Notes: a model not told the origin generated them from the letters alone. Counted from the first letter of the stretch, positions 12,851-27,482 are shown. The stretch: 64,000 nucleotides of DNA from the human T2T-CHM13v2.0 reference genome, Homo sapiens (GCA_009914755.4 CP068257.2:41120001-41184000); one strand, 5' to 3'. Numbers and translations are program-made.

Positions 12851-14639
12851 TTAAAGACAGAACAAGAAGAGGAAAAGCATTAGGGGAGGAGCCTCCTGTT
12901 GCCCCCAGGGACCCGGTTCCTTGTGTGATGTTCCCACTGGGTTGCATTCCAGCGAGGGCTTCAGCACTGGGGACACAGAAGTCATTCTCCTGGGAACAGG
13001 CATCCTTCACAGGCGCTGCGGGGGGCCCAGTGAGCTGTGACTCGTGGGGAAAATGCCCCAGTCTCCACGATGCCACCTCCAAAGTCAGTTTTGTGTACAG
13101 CAGGACTCTTTACTGGAGCCAGGGTCAGGACACGTGTGGATGAACCACGACCAAACTGGGGATGGAAATGCCGGTAGTAGCAAAGAGACGGCGGTGATGA
13201 TGAGCAGAGTGCATGCATTGAGGCACTTACTGTGTGCGGGCGCTGTGCTTAGTGAGGGGCACACAGGACCTGCTCACACCTCCGGGCTTTGCCTCCATGC
13301 CCGCTGGTGCCAGCCCAGACACCACAGGCATATGATGTGGCTCATGGTTCCCCAGAGTGCCACTGCCCGGCCTCAGTGGGATTTAATGGGGACTAATGGA
13401 CTGAGAAACAGCCCTGTGCAATTGCACTGAGTTGTCTCAGAGCCACCTGGCATGCTGACGATCATTCCCTGATTTTGAAATTGAGGGCAATCTGCTTATT
13501 GAGGAAGCGTGGCAAGTGAAAGGGTCTCAGAGGCAGAAGGTGAAGGGAAAGCCGACGGGCCTCATCTGGTCCCCTCAAAGCCCCGGGGGCCTGGCCTCGG
13601 GGTGGGCGCAGGGAGGAAGGCCGAGCGGAAGGAAGCAGGCCTTGTCTGAGCCACGTGAGAGCCTGTCCTACAGGGACCGTGCCACGTGTCTGTCCCATGC
13701 ACTCATGGGCTCATTTGGAGTTAGGGATGTCTCAGCCCAATTGACTTAGGGGAAGTCAGGCCATAGTTTGTGGCCATGGAAAGTTGTGAGTGAACAATCC
13801 ATCTTCGTCATCCCTGTGCTGGAGGCTCTTTAAAGGACGGGAGACAGAGTCTCTCATTTGTGAGCCAAGGAAGAGCTCCCAAGTTGCACAGGGACGGCCA
13901 CACAGCTGGGGTCCCAAGGCTGGGACCTGGCAAGGCTGGGACCCGGCTTGGCAGCCTCAGACACACAGCACCTTCACCTGTGGCACCGCCCTTGGCCGTG
14001 GGCTCTACGTGGCTTGGTTCAGCCCTCTGGCTGTCCCTTGCGCCCCAGGTGCCATGGCTGCTTTGGCAGGAGGGTGGTGTTCCAGGGTGGTGCTGCCTGG
14101 CAGGGTTCCCCTCTGCCCAGAGCCAGGCGGAGATGGGTTGCCTCAAGCTGGGGCTGCGGGTGTAGCAGGGCCAGCCTTTCCAGCCCCACCAGCAGCACGA
14201 GGGGAAGAGGACAAAAACTGAGTTCTAGTCTTCAGCCTGAAACCAGACTCCCTGAACAGCGGCCTCTGGGCCCCATATGGGTTGGGGAACTCCACCGCCC
14301 CAAGGGGTGTGTCTGGAGCCAGGCCATGCCTCCCGAAGCTGCCCCCAGCTCCTCACCCACAACTGTGTGTCCCTGAGCACTTTCTGGAGGTGTTTGTAGG
14401 ATGCAGCCTCTTATCCCTTAAACGACTGCATTTACCGCCCACCTACAGCAGCAGGAGTGAGTGGTGAGACAGCCTCCGGCCTCACAGGTCTTGCCTCTGC
14501 CGTGCCTGATGGGCACCCGCTCTGTAGAAAGCAAGGCGAGTGCTCGGATCACACGCCGCTCCTGGCGTGGTTTCTGGTGTGCACTAGTCCTGCAGGTCAG
14601 GTTGAGGTTGCAGGGGGGAAGATTATTTTTATCGAAGTT

Positions 14640-15055
14640 GTAGTCATTTCCTGGGGCTGCGTAACGAATTCTCATAAACTGGGCAGCTTAAAACAATAGA
14701 AATGTATTCCCACATAGTTCTGGAGGCCACAAGTCCAAAATCAAGGTGCCAGCAGGCCCTGCCACCTCTGAAGGCCCCAGGGGAGGGACCTTCCCGGTCT
14801 CTCTTGGCCTCTGGTGGCTGCCGGCGGCATTCTCTGCCTGCTTCTTCCCCTGGTGCTCCCATCCGTTCTGTCCAAATTCCCCCTTTTTGTAAGGACACCC
14901 ATCCTATTGGAGTAGGGGTCACCCTCCTCCAGGATGACATCCCCTTAACTACATCTGCAACAGTCATGTCCCCAAATGAGGTCACCCTCAGAGGCAGCAG
15001 GGTTAGGACTTCAACATACAACTTTTGGGGGGAGATGTACTTCAGCCCATAACAC
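14640..15055 (+). repeat. Old MER-type interspersed repeat (same family as 3790-4250)
   Basis: cataaactgggcagcttaaaacaatagaaatgtattcccacatagttctggaggccacaagtccaaaatcaaggtgccagcagg...tttttgtaaggacacccatcctattggagtaggggtcaccc...ggttaggacttcaacatacaacttttggggggagatgtacttcagcccataaca. Confidence 0.55.
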
Positions 15056-17209
15056 ACCACGTGGGAGGATAACACCGATTTCAGAGCTTGCAGAGGAAGC
15101 CGCCAGGAACTCCAGTGAGACATCAGCCCCCAGGTGCCTGTCAGGCACGCCGGGCTGTGGGGGGCACCTGGGCCCATCTGAGTAACGGAGGCGCATCCGC
15201 ACTTCCCCCAGGAGTACATTTTTAGAACCCACAGCGCCATAAACCAAAGACAAGGAGACTTCCTGGTGCCCCGTCAGCTTCTGGAGGCGACGTTCTCGGC
15301 TGACAGCTCTGGCAGCCTCCCCTGTAGGTGAGAGACAGGTAAATGGGACTCTTGCTTCCAAAACGGAACAGGGTAAAAATTCTCAAGCGTTGTCGACACA
15401 TTGAGAAAAAACAAATCCAGCCTCCTGGGCTCTGGTCTCATCCCCAGCCGCGTCATGTGCCCCAGGCCGGCGTTGCCACACATGAAACCCCTTCCTGTTT
15501 TTCTATGTAGAAAGGAACTCAGAATAGAGACACTGAGATATTCGTGTTGTCCCTTTTGTCTTTGTCAACAGCAGAGTTACATCTTACTCATGAGAGCCCT
15601 GTAGCAATGTGGGGACCCTGGGACCAGTCTCAGTTAAGCTGGAACTTCCCCGGATGACTGGGGAGAGGAGCTGCAAAAGGCAGGGTGGGGGTGGGGGGCC
15701 TTCCCGAGATGGCAGCCCAGCCAGAGGCCAGCGTTCTTGCCTCTGGGAAGAGAATAAAGGCCCCAGACAGGGTGGAGCTAGCTCAGCCCCGTGCCACACA
15801 AATGGCCAGTGTGAGCCTGAAATGTGGAGCTACATTCAGCCCACATAGCACACCCTGGTGGGGCCTCGGAGCCAGGGGTATGGATCCACCAGAAGCTGCC
15901 CCTTGGGAACAGCAGTGGCATCGGGGTCCGGCACACAGCACCCGGGAGCAGGTGGCCGTCCCCTGACACTCACGGGCTAGGTTTCTCCTGCTTTTCCCTC
16001 AAAGAGGACAGAGGTCCAACTGCCAGCTTACATTTAGGGCAGGGGCAGGGGCAGGTCTACCCCAGGGGCCACGGCCACTCTGGCCCCCAGCACTGTGCCA
16101 GGCAGAGAGCAGAGCATGGAATATGGGGTTCACCCAGAGCTGGGGAGTCTGCAGGAGCCTGGGGTGGCAACTGAGGGCTCAGCGTTCATCCCAAACAAAT
16201 GGCCTTGCCCACTGGCCTAAGCCCCAGAGAAGGGGGATGGGGACCCCAGGAAATGAAAGCAAAGATAAGCTCCAAATAGGATGAAAAGAAAGAGCTCCAT
16301 GCCAGCTGCTCTGTTTGCTGAAGACGCTGGTTCCCGTGGCAGCGGAGCGCAGAGAGAGGGGCTGCCTGGCCAGGCAGGGTCAGCGGGCCCCAGCAGACCC
16401 TCCTCTGCTCCCAGCTCTGGTATCTGCAAGGAAACAGCGGGATTCGAACAGTCAAACTGTCTTGCTCGGTGAAGATTTCCATAACCCTCCTGGGGAATGC
16501 AGGAGACTTACAGAGACAGCACATGTGCGAATGTTTACACAAAACAGGTTAAAAGCAGCGAAGAAATCATCATCATGCCATCTATTTTTTTTAACTACGC
16601 AGAAAACGTTCGTTACTTCTCAGAAATGTGTAAATGGAATTTCTCGTTTAATGGATGACAATGGAAATCATTTGATTGGTGCATTTTGTTGGTTGGTTTT
16701 GTTAATACTTTGCTGAATCTGTTAGCGTTCCCCCTTACACATCAAACTGTGGTAGCAACTCTGATGGGTTTTGCAAGCATGAAACAGAGGGAAGGGCTAC
16801 CAAATGGATCTCTGTGGAGCGGTGGTTATCACGGGGAAGAGACGGCAGCATGCCGAGAAAATAACACTGAAGCCTCTTTTTCCAGAAAGGAAATAGATTG
16901 ATTATTCTAGTTTTGAAAATAGCACAGGCTCATTGGAAAACCTCCAAACTACACTGATGGGAGCTGAAGGGTGCACACCGATCATGACAACAGCCGGCAA
17001 TGTCCCCCCAGTTTAAACCTGGACACGAGGCCTTCTAGATGTTTTTCTGTGCATAGATACCTTGTTTTGAAAAACAACTAAAACATGCGTTGTGTAGTCT
17101 TTTTTTTTACTAGTGGCATTGTGAGCAATAAATAGATTAAATTTTAACCAGCGTACAGCTCATAGATTTTCCCAGAAGGCCACAATCAAGCACTCTTTTT
17201 AAACCTACC

Positions 17210-17600
17210 GAATGTGCTCTTTCTTCCTCGTAGCGTGGCATTTTTTGGCACTTGCTTTCAGTACATACTGTGCATAGCATTCTTATTTTCCCTTTTCATG
17301 TCAAGTTTCCTCACTTGGCATAATATCCGTGATGATCCTCCTAATGGCATAATAGTCCATCATGCGGAGGCACTGTGCTGGTTTAAACCGCTTCCCATCT
17401 TGGGACATTCAGGTGGCTTCTAGTCGGTTTTGTGTTTTTGTTACAGCAGATCACACCACGGTGAATATCTGTGTGCATAGAGCTGTTTGTTCCTGTTTAA
17501 TTCTTGGCTTAAGATAAATTCCCCAGGATAGATATGTGGGCTTAAAGGATACGAATTTCTATATGGCTCTTACTGGGCAGTATTAACTTGCTCTCCCAGA
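17210..17600 (-). mobile_element. Old L1 (L1M-like) ORF2-region fragment, antisense
   Basis: Resembles antisense L1 ORF2 C-terminal region: ...ttcccttttcatgtcaagtttcctcacttggcataatatcc...ggcataatagtccatcatg...gggacattcaggtggcttctagtcggttttgtgtttttgttacagcagatcacaccacggtgaatatctgtgtgcatagag...aattccccaggatagatatgtgggcttaaagg. Confidence 0.45.
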
Positions 17601-18149
17601 AGAAGGGGCTTTATTTACAAATCGCAGGAGCTTCTGCTGCATTTAGCTCCCTGAGTGCCCCCATAGCCTGGTGAATGTCACACAAGCCAGGCGTGACCCC
17701 CACCCACCATCGTCCAAGTACACAGGGAGCCTGTTCACTTCCAAGCAAGTTCACACCCATAGGGTGTGAACCCAGATCGGCCCAGCCCCCTGGTGCACTC
17801 TGCTGCAGGGGCCCAAGAGCAGCCAGACCTCCTGGGGCAGCTGCTCCTCATTCAGCCTCTGGGGACCACCCTGAAGCCATCACACTGCCCAACCGGAAGG
17901 TGGCTTTCCTCTGAAACATGCCTGGCTCACTTTGCTCTGCTCCTATGTGGGATACCTCGATACCAAGTGCTAAACAAAAACAGAGTCAGACAGAAAACTC
18001 ATCTGCTAACATTACATGTAACAGGGAAAGTTGGAAACATTCTAAAAGTCCATCACTGGGGACTGGATTGCTAACGTGTGCTATGGCCACACCCTGGAGA
18101 AACTTGGAAAATGAAGCTAAGCTCTGTGGAGCAACTTGGGATGAGTTCA

Positions 18150-18530
<381 letters not shown>

Positions 18531-18550
18531 TTTTAAAAAGTACAAAGGGG

Positions 18551-18690
18551 CGGGGTGCAGTGACTCACACCTGTCATCCCAATACTTTGGGAGGCTGAGG
18601 CAGAAGGATCGTTTGAACCTAGGAGTTCAAGACCAGCCTGGGTAACATAGCAAGACCCTATCTCTACAAAAAATAAAAATTAAAATATTG
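18551..18690 (+). mobile_element. Free left Alu monomer (FLAM/FAM-like) immediately following the TSD of the preceding Alu
   Basis: gcggggtgcagtgactcacacctgtcatcccaatactttgggaggctgaggcagaaggatcgtttgaacctaggagttcaagaccagcctgggtaacatagcaagaccctatctctacaaaaaataaaaatt. There is no right monomer. Confidence 0.8.
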
Positions 18691-18956
18691 TTAAAAGGTA
18701 AAAGCGGCCACCCATGTGTGTCCACACTTCAAAACATTCTGGAAAGATACACCAAACTATTAGAAGTGATTTCCAGAGTATGGGATTTAGGGAAATAAAT
18801 GGGTAAAGTGAGGACTTCGGTTTTCATATTTTGGTGTTTTTTTTTTTACTCTACTCTTGTGTTGTTTAGATTTTTTAGAATGTTTTTCTTTTGAAAACAT
18901 TAGAAAAAGGTTTTTTAGAAGCTTATCTAAAAGAGAAGATAGCCCTCAACATCTGA

Positions 18957-19277
<321 letters not shown>

Positions 19278-19508
19278 CCAACATCTGACTTTCTGTGTGT
19301 TTTCCAAGAGTCTAGTGTGAGGTCAGAGGTCAGACAGGTCATCAGGGATTTTGCTTCGAGTGAGTTGCTGCTGCCCTGACTCCTCTCCCACAGCAAATAA
19401 GACCACACGGGGCTTGGGGGTTGGGTTTGTCGCTTGCTTTTGCTGTGCTGAGGGCTTCACCAGACTGAAACAGCAGGACCACAGCTCATCTCTGCTCCTT
19501 CTCTCTAG

Positions 19509-19590
19509 GACCAACTGCCCCTGTAAGTACAGTTTTTTGGATAACCACAAGAAGTTGACTCCTCGACGCGATGTTCCCACTTACCCCAAG
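19509..19590 (+). CDS. PDE9A: PDE9A coding exon encoding (R)[27 protein letters not shown]
   Basis: Acceptor ttctctctAG|g at 19507-19508. Donor AAG|GTAAGA at 19591. Ends in phase 0. Confidence 0.9.
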
Positions 19591-20051
19591 GTAAGATGAG
19601 ATTCCGGCCCAGAAGAAGCTGCAGCTGTGTCCCCAGCCCCACGCCCAGCCCTGTGGCCCTGCGGCCAGACCCTGCTGTGTGTACGTTCACATCAACCGCC
19701 CCTCCCAGCCCTGGGCCGCTGACGGTGCGGGTTACTTTAAGGCAAAGTATTTTTTCTCTTTGACATTTGTTTAGCAAAAGTGATCCCAGACCATACCTTC
19801 CCCTGCAAGGACATAACAGCTCCGTGCTGCTGTCTGCCCGGCCCCGGGAGCTGACCTGGGTAGACAGTTTTTACACTCAAACGTTACTGGAAAGAACTTT
19901 AACGTTTAACTGAATTTTTAAAAATCCATTCCATTGGCCCTTGTCTCTGAGCAATTCTTAGTTGTCCTGGCAAGTTTTGCTCTTTTGCACAAAAGTGTTC
20001 TTAGTTCTAAGAGAAGCTGTGACGTTGGTGAAGTAGCAATGGCATTTTTGA

Positions 20052-20431
<380 letters not shown>

Positions 20432-20511
20432 CGGCCCACCTGATTTGTAATGTGCTCTCATGCTAAGATTCAGGGGGCACAGCTTCCAGAGACAGCAGAG
20501 GCCTGGGCTAA

Positions 20512-20960
<449 letters not shown>

Positions 20961-21344
20961 CATCTGAGATTTTTGAATGGAGACTAGTGCCTTTTTCCAT
21001 TGGAAAATATGCCCCGCGCTTCTCAGGATCCTGTCCCAGGGAGCCGTGAAGCACAGCCTAGATCCAAAATAAAAGGTGTCAGCCCTCCAGATCCGTCCCC
21101 TTACAAAAAACAGAAAAACAAATATCCAGTAAGACCTAGGAGAAGACAGTGTGCAATACCAAAGCAGTGTTCTTGTCTTCTGTATAGAACCACAGCCTTC
21201 TGTCCTTGTGACAGCTTAACCTAAAGCCTGATGTCCTCAGAAGCAACCCAGGGGCACCGGCCCCATCAGCAGGCCTGCTCTTCTAGCTCTCGGCAGAAGC
21301 CAGGAATGGGTTCCAGACAGGAGCATCTCAGAATAACTTCTTAG

Positions 21345-21775
<431 letters not shown>

Positions 21776-21980
21776 TGAATTTTGACAAACTTGTTTAGTC
21801 CTGTGACCTCCACCACAAGCGAGATATGGAACATTTCTGTCACCCCAAACCCTCCCCTCTGCTCCCTCACCCTGCCTCTGGCATCCACCGATGGGATCTC
21901 CACCCGTAGCATTGGCCCTTTCCAGAAGTATGTGGCCTGTGAGTCTGACGCAGGTGCCTTAGAAAGAGAACGGGAGAAGC

Positions 21981-22300
21981 TGGGTGCGGTGGCTCACACC
22001 TGTAATCCCAACACTTGGGGAGGCCAAGGCGGGTGGATCACCTGAGGTCAGGAGTTCGAGACCAGCCTGGCCAACATCGTGAACTCCCCATCTCTACTAA
22101 AATTACAAAAATTAGCCAGGCATGGTGGCGGGCGCCTGCAGTCCCAGCTACTCAGGAGGCTGAGGCACGAGAATCACTTGAACCCAGGAGGCAGAGGTTG
22201 CCGTGAGCCAAGATCGCACCACTGCACTCCAGCGTGGGCAAGAGTGAGACTCTATCTCAAAAAAAAAAAAAAAAGAAAGAAAGAAAAAGAAAGAGAACGG
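21981..22300 (+). mobile_element. Alu SINE, TSD agaaagagaacgggagaa
   Basis: gctgggtgcggtggctcacacctgtaatcccaacacttggggaggccaaggcgggtggatcacctgaggtcaggagttcgagacc...tctatctcaaaaaaaaaaaaaaag. An 18-bp direct repeat occurs on both flanks (21962-21979 and 22296-22313). Confidence 0.95.
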
Positions 22301-22385
22301 GAGAAAGAGGAGAAATATCTCAGCATGCACATCACTGTCACAGGCCCACGGCGCCTGGTTAACACGGAACTCCTGTCCTTTCTAG

Positions 22386-22460
22386 TACCTGCTCTCTCCA
22401 GAGACCATCGAGGCCCTGCGGAAGCCGACCTTTGACGTCTGGCTTTGGGAGCCCAATGAG
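22386..22460 (+). CDS. PDE9A: PDE9A coding exon encoding [25 protein letters not shown] (75 nt, symmetric)
   Basis: Acceptor ctgtcctttctAG|tac at 22384-22385. Donor GAG|GTAAGT at 22461. Confidence 0.9.
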
Positions 22461-22997
22461 GTAAGTGCGGGGCTTGCAGGCACCACGTCCCAGGGGGAGG
22501 CAGCTCAGGATCTTGGACGCCAGTGGGACCACCCCCATCGCTCTTCCTCCTTCTTGCTTTCTCCTCTTCTTTTTAAAGACTGAAAAAAAAAAAACAAAAC
22601 TTGTTTTGCCAGGTTTTAGTTGAAACTAACTAACACTTTATAGCAGGGCCCAGGAGACTTCACAGCAAGGGGATTCTGTGAGTGGGGGAGACGGCTGTCA
22701 GGGGCAGGGAGGCTCCACCCAGGGCTCCTGACGGCGCTGGGCCCCCCGAGCCATCTGCTCATCCTGCAGACCCTCATGCACGCCGGTGGCAGCCCCGTGC
22801 TGCAGAACACCCCTGCCAGGAGCAAATCTCTCCTCAAGGAAGGGGCTGCGGTCAGAGTGCTCTGCTCTGAGAGCAGTGCCTGCAAAGGCAAGGCACAGGC
22901 AACCGGCTGCCCCAGATAAGTGGACATGTGGGATTCCGGGAACTGTGTCACCTTCTGCAGCAAGGCTTGAGGCCAGGAATTCCACACTAGCCTGAGT

Positions 22998-23335
22998 GAT
23001 ATGATTTGGCTGTGTCCCCACCCAAATCTCACCCTGAATTGTCATAATCCCCACGTGTCAAGGGCAGGGCCAGGTGGAGATCTTGAATCATGGGGGCAGT
23101 TTTCCCCATACTGTTCTCGTGATAGTGAGTAAGTCTCACGAGATCTGATGGTTTTATAAATGGGGGATTGTCTTTTGCCTGCCGCCATTTAAGTGACTTT
23201 CTCCTTCTCTGCCATTCTCCATGATTGTGAGGCCTCCGCAGCCATGTGGAACTGTGAGTCCCTTAAGACTCTTTTTCTTTATAAGTTACCCAGTCTCAGG
23301 TATGTCTTTATTAACAGTGTGAGAACAGACTAATA
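22998..23335 (+). mobile_element. MaLR solo LTR (THE1/MST family), about 540 bp downstream of exon 22386..22460, same orientation as PDE9A
   Basis: Near-consensus THE1/MST LTR: tatgatttggctgtgtccccacccaaatctcaccctgaattgtcataatccccacgtgtcaagggcagggccaggtggagatcttgaatcatgggggcagttttccccatactgttctcgtgatagtgagtaagtctcacgagatctgatggttttataaatggggg...ttgcctgccgccatttaagtgac...ccatgattgtgaggcctccgcagccatgtggaactgtgagtccc...tttataagttacccagtctcaggtatgtctttattaacagtgtgagaacagactaata. Confidence 0.8.
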
Positions 23336-24942
23336 AGCTGGGCAACATAGCAAGACCTCGTCGCTACAAAAAAAAGGTGTTAAAATTCCTATTTGCTGAA
23401 AAATACAAGAATGGGGAATTTTTTGTTTCATCTCATTGGCTAATAGACCCCCTCTTTTCACACCCCAAAAAATGAAAAAGTTCCCTCATTGCAGACCTCG
23501 GCCTCAGCTGTTTTCAACGCACCAAAATCTAAGGACGTTTTCCTGCTTGTCAGCAACACAGAAAATGCACAAGGCTCCTCAGCAAGCTCACCTGTGCTCT
23601 TTGACAAGCTCGGCCGCAGCGATGTCTCTGCAAAGGGCAGAAAGTGGGCTCTTGCCTCTTGGCACCCCTGAGGCCAGGCTGCTGACACCTGGGGCACTGC
23701 CCTCTCCTAAGTGAACCTCTTTTCATGTGCATGGTCTCCCAGCAGGAGAAAAACTGCAGCACCAGCCAGAAAAGCAAAGCTCCAGCCTCCACTCCCCAGC
23801 TCAGTTCACCCAAGAGCAGCAGGCGGCCAGTCCCAGGGGCTGCACTGCTGCAAACCTGCTCAAAACCTCCAGCCGCCACGTGTCAACTTGCTCCCCAGCT
23901 CTGAGAGTGCAGGACCGGGGCGCAGAGACGACAGAAGAGGCTTTAAATATGCAGAATGACTGTCTAGGTCAACGCACAAAAGGAAAGGGCCCCAGGTGTG
24001 GGAGATGCAAGGGGTGAGAGGGAAAGCTCAGAAGAGACGTGTTGGAGCTGCTGGCCTGCAGCAGCTCCCAGGGTCCCTGCACAGCTGCTGAGATTGGGCA
24101 GAGCAAGTACACAGCAAGTAGACACCGCAGACAGTTAGAGCACACTGACTCCTGCTCCCAGCCTGTGGGCAACCGCCGCACCTCAGCATCATGTAGAAAA
24201 ATCACCATCCCCAAAGTCATTTTGACCTCAGCCTGCTGGGAGGAAGAGCCAAGCCAGGGGCCACTGATGGCAAAGCACCTGCGTGGAAACTGGCACTCGC
24301 TGTCTTTTCTGCCACCTTCTACCAGGGAACCCTTTGAGCACGGGCCACTGTGACTGGGGAGGTGGGGCTTGCCCCACGAAGCTGGGGGATCTGTGTCTCC
24401 ATAATAGAAAGGCCACCTCTCTGTCCTCTGATCACAGAGTGGATTCACAGCTGCTCTCGGGGCTGGCAGGTGGGCAAGGCAGACAGCTCCCGGCAGCTGG
24501 ACTCAGCCTCTGGGTGGCATCTCCCACGGCCCGTGGCTCCTGCCCAGCAGATCTCAAGGGCACTCCAGGAGACCGATGAGGGTTCCAGTGCTTCCAAGAA
24601 GTATCTAGCTGCCTGTGTGTGAGAATGCAGAGATGCCCAAGACAGGAGCCTTGGCCTCTGGCAGATCTAGGGATGCCAGGAATTTTGGAGTGTGAGTGGC
24701 AAAGAGGGACAACTAAAGGGACACACATGAAAACAGCCCACTCGGCCCCACAAAACTGCATCTGGCCACGCATGAGGCACCTGGCACTCAGAGAACGTCA
24801 GGGCGCCTAAAAGTGATCACCTCCCTCCCTTCCAGCAGGGGCGCCCCCACTTTTCTCCGAGTGGTTTGGCCCAGTGTCCTGCCCATCACAAACCAGACAG
24901 AGGACATGACTTCAGGCTGCTGTGTCCTCCCATGTGTTAGGG

Positions 24943-25084
24943 CCTCCGAGGGCCCAGGGCTGTGGCCCGTGAGCGTGGCCTGCCTCTATCCTCCGAGGGC
25001 CCAGGGCTGTGGCCCGTGAGCGTGGCCTGCCTCTATCCTCCGAGGGCCCAGGGCTGTGGCCCGTGAGCATGGCCCGCCTCTATC
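24943..25084. repeat. Minisatellite, 3 tandem copies of a 47-bp unit
   Basis: cctccgagggcccagggctgtggcccgtgagcgtggcctgcctctat repeated three times. The third copy carries gcatggcccgcc variants. Confidence 0.9.
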
Positions 25085-25869
25085 AAGTGCAGAGCTGGAA
25101 GGCTGCAGGAGCCTCCCCCGTCATCTCATGAGTCCCCCACTCACGACCATGCAGCCCACTCAGACCACGACCTGCCGCCACATGCGGGAACTGCTGGCTC
25201 CCTCGTGCCCGCCCGGGGCTGAGGACTGCACGTGCAGCCACAGATGCATCCGGCCCTCCTGCCCCACAGCCTCTATGAAGGCCACATAAATGGCACCAAG
25301 TGTCTCTGTCTGCCGATCAGCATCCCCTCTTGGCTTCACAGCAGACGCATCTGCCTTTCAGGACTGCCTTGAACAACATCTGGGCTGGTCAGGTGGAGAG
25401 CGAGGAGTTTCCAGGTTGCAGCCCCTATGGTCCTGAGGGCTGGCGTCCAGGATGGTGGGGGTCCAGCAGCTCTGGGCAGCGAGGCCCCTGGCTGGGTGAT
25501 CCAGGTGGCAGCTGACCAGTGGCCTGGGAGCCAGCCCTCCTGTCCTCACGTGGGGCCCCATCTCCAAAAGCCAGTGCAGTGCCCTGCACATTATCCAACC
25601 TACATCTGTACTGTCTCCCCAAGGAAAACGAGTGTGTGGTTCACGTGCTTTAAGGACGTTTCCCAGGTGACATTCCAAGCTCCCATCTGTGGCCGCAAGT
25701 GGGGGAGTTTCCAGTTTTCCAGATGGATTTTCTGCCATGCCAGAGAACCCTCCGCCTCCTTCAGAGCCATCTCATCAATGCAGTGATCGCAAGCTTCGAT
25801 TTACAAAAACTCGCCTCCCTTGCAGCATTTCCAGGTTTCACACACAGCGTAACAAGTAAAAATGGATTT

Positions 25870-26290
25870 TTGGGCAGCACGCCTGTCCTAGTTTGCTGAG
25901 GCTGCCATAACAAAGTACCAGAGACTGGGGTGGCGTCAGCAGCAAAAGTTGATTCCTCAGTTCTGGAGCTGGAAGTCCAGGATCAAGGTGCTGCCAGGTT
26001 CGGCTTCTCCGGAGGCCTCGGTCCCTGGTCTGGGACCTTCTTGCTGGGGCCTCGGTCCCTGGTGTGGGACCTTCTTGCTGGGACCTCGGTCCCTGGTGTG
26101 GGACCTTCTTCCTGGCCAGCAAGATGGCCGCCTTCTTGCTGGGTCCTCATGTGGCCTGTTCTCTCGGCACATGCATCCCAGGTGCTCTTCCTCCTCTAAT
26201 GAAGACACTAGTCCCATGGGACCAAGGCCTCACCCTGACTAGATGGAAACTTCATTACCTCCGTAAAGGCCCCGTCTCCAAATAGCCCCA
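25870..26290 (+). repeat. Old MER-type interspersed repeat (same family as 3790/14640) containing an internal 34-35-bp x3 tandem triplication (26015-26117)
   Basis: ttgctgaggctgccataacaaagtaccagagactggggtggc...gttctggagctggaagtccaggatcaaggtgctgccagg...cctcggtccctggtgtgggaccttcttgctgggg x3...ccagcaagatggccgccttcttgctgggtcctcatgtggcc...aaggccccgtctccaaatagccccactggggtcggggctt. Confidence 0.55.
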
Positions 26291-27395
26291 CTGGGGTCGG
26301 GGCTTTACCATGTTGACCTGGGGAAGGGGGCAGTTCAGTTCGTAACATGCCCTTTTGGGAGGAGAAAGTCAGGCAATGAGCAGACACAGGCAGGAAGCCA
26401 CGCCGGGCTCCAGCAGGGATGGCCCAGTGCCCTGTACAGGCAGCAGGCAGCTGGGCTGGAGGTGGGCCCTGGGTGGAGGACACCTACCAGGTGTGTCTAA
26501 ACTGCCCCTTTCCTACACATCTTCCTTCGCACTGGGCTCGCCACCCAAGACCTGCTTTTTCCAGAAAGCAAAGCCTACTTTGGTCAAACTCTCATTTTTA
26601 AAAATCACTTCATCTTTTCCTCCCTAACTTAATTAGCTCCAAAGCACTGAGCTGTATTGAAATAGATCACCACAATGACAATCCTCTTTGGGACTGAAAA
26701 CAAAATCTATTTCAACTTGAACAGGGATATTGATAGAAGACAGGGCTCCATGAAAAAGGGTTAGGAGGAGCCGCTTGCTGGGGCAGGGGCCGCATCTGGG
26801 CACTGCAGTTAAGATGTTAAAGTGTCTTCGGTCCCAGGGGGCCGCAGATGAACACAGTTCAGCGTTTCTGGATGTAAATCGTCAAAGCTCCTTCGATCCC
26901 CAGCCTCGGGCAAGGAAAGGGCCTTTCTCTCTGTGATGCCACCTGTGCTCAGGTGTGCACTGGATGGAACTGTGTCCTAGACCCCTCAGCTGTGATATTG
27001 ATCCGCTGAGATTGTTTTTCATCTGTAGAAATCAATAAATTCCTTTTTGGTGCAGTGTTTTGTGAACGGGTGCACTCTCTCACCCGGTCGCTGTCCTAAG
27101 AATTCTCCTTGACTTCGGAACTGGCCCTCCACGCCCCAGGATCCACCTGCCAGGAGACCCCCAGTGTGCTCTCAAACCCCCACCCATCTGAGTGGCCTGG
27201 AAAGGCTGGTCTGAAGACCTCTCTTCCCATGTCTGCCGACCAGGCTTTGCTCTCCAGGGACTTTCTGGGAGGGGGAGAACCCACCTCCTGCCAACGGCCC
27301 TGCTGGCACTCCGAGGACAGCAGAGGGAAGGAAGCCAGGGGCTGGGGAGCCGGCCACACAACTGCCCAGTGCCTATCCTTCTCCTGTGCCCACAG

Positions 27396-27482
27396 ATGCT
27401 GAGCTGCCTGGAGCACATGTACCACGACCTCGGGCTGGTCAGGGACTTCAGCATCAACCCTGTCACCCTCAGGAGGTGGCTG
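27396..27482 (+). CDS. PDE9A: PDE9A coding exon encoding [29 protein letters not shown] (87 nt, symmetric). This is the start of the catalytic region.
   Basis: Acceptor ctcctgtgcccacAG|atg at 27394-27395. Donor CTG|GTGAGT at 27483. Confidence 0.9.

Noticed and set aside
13400-16500. GC-rich 3-kb block inside the long intron, with many overlapping ORFs on both strands, considered as a hidden exon cluster or CpG island
   Set aside because: The ORFs overlap on both strands, as expected from GC-rich non-coding DNA. CpG density is only moderate, and no PDE9A-like or other protein similarity was seen. It could be an intronic enhancer, but nothing in the sequence alone supports a specific call.
24943-25084. 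47-bp x3 direct repeat considered as a CRISPR-like array
   Set aside because: It is a eukaryotic (human) sequence context, has no unique spacers between repeats (the units are contiguous) and no cas genes. It is a minisatellite.
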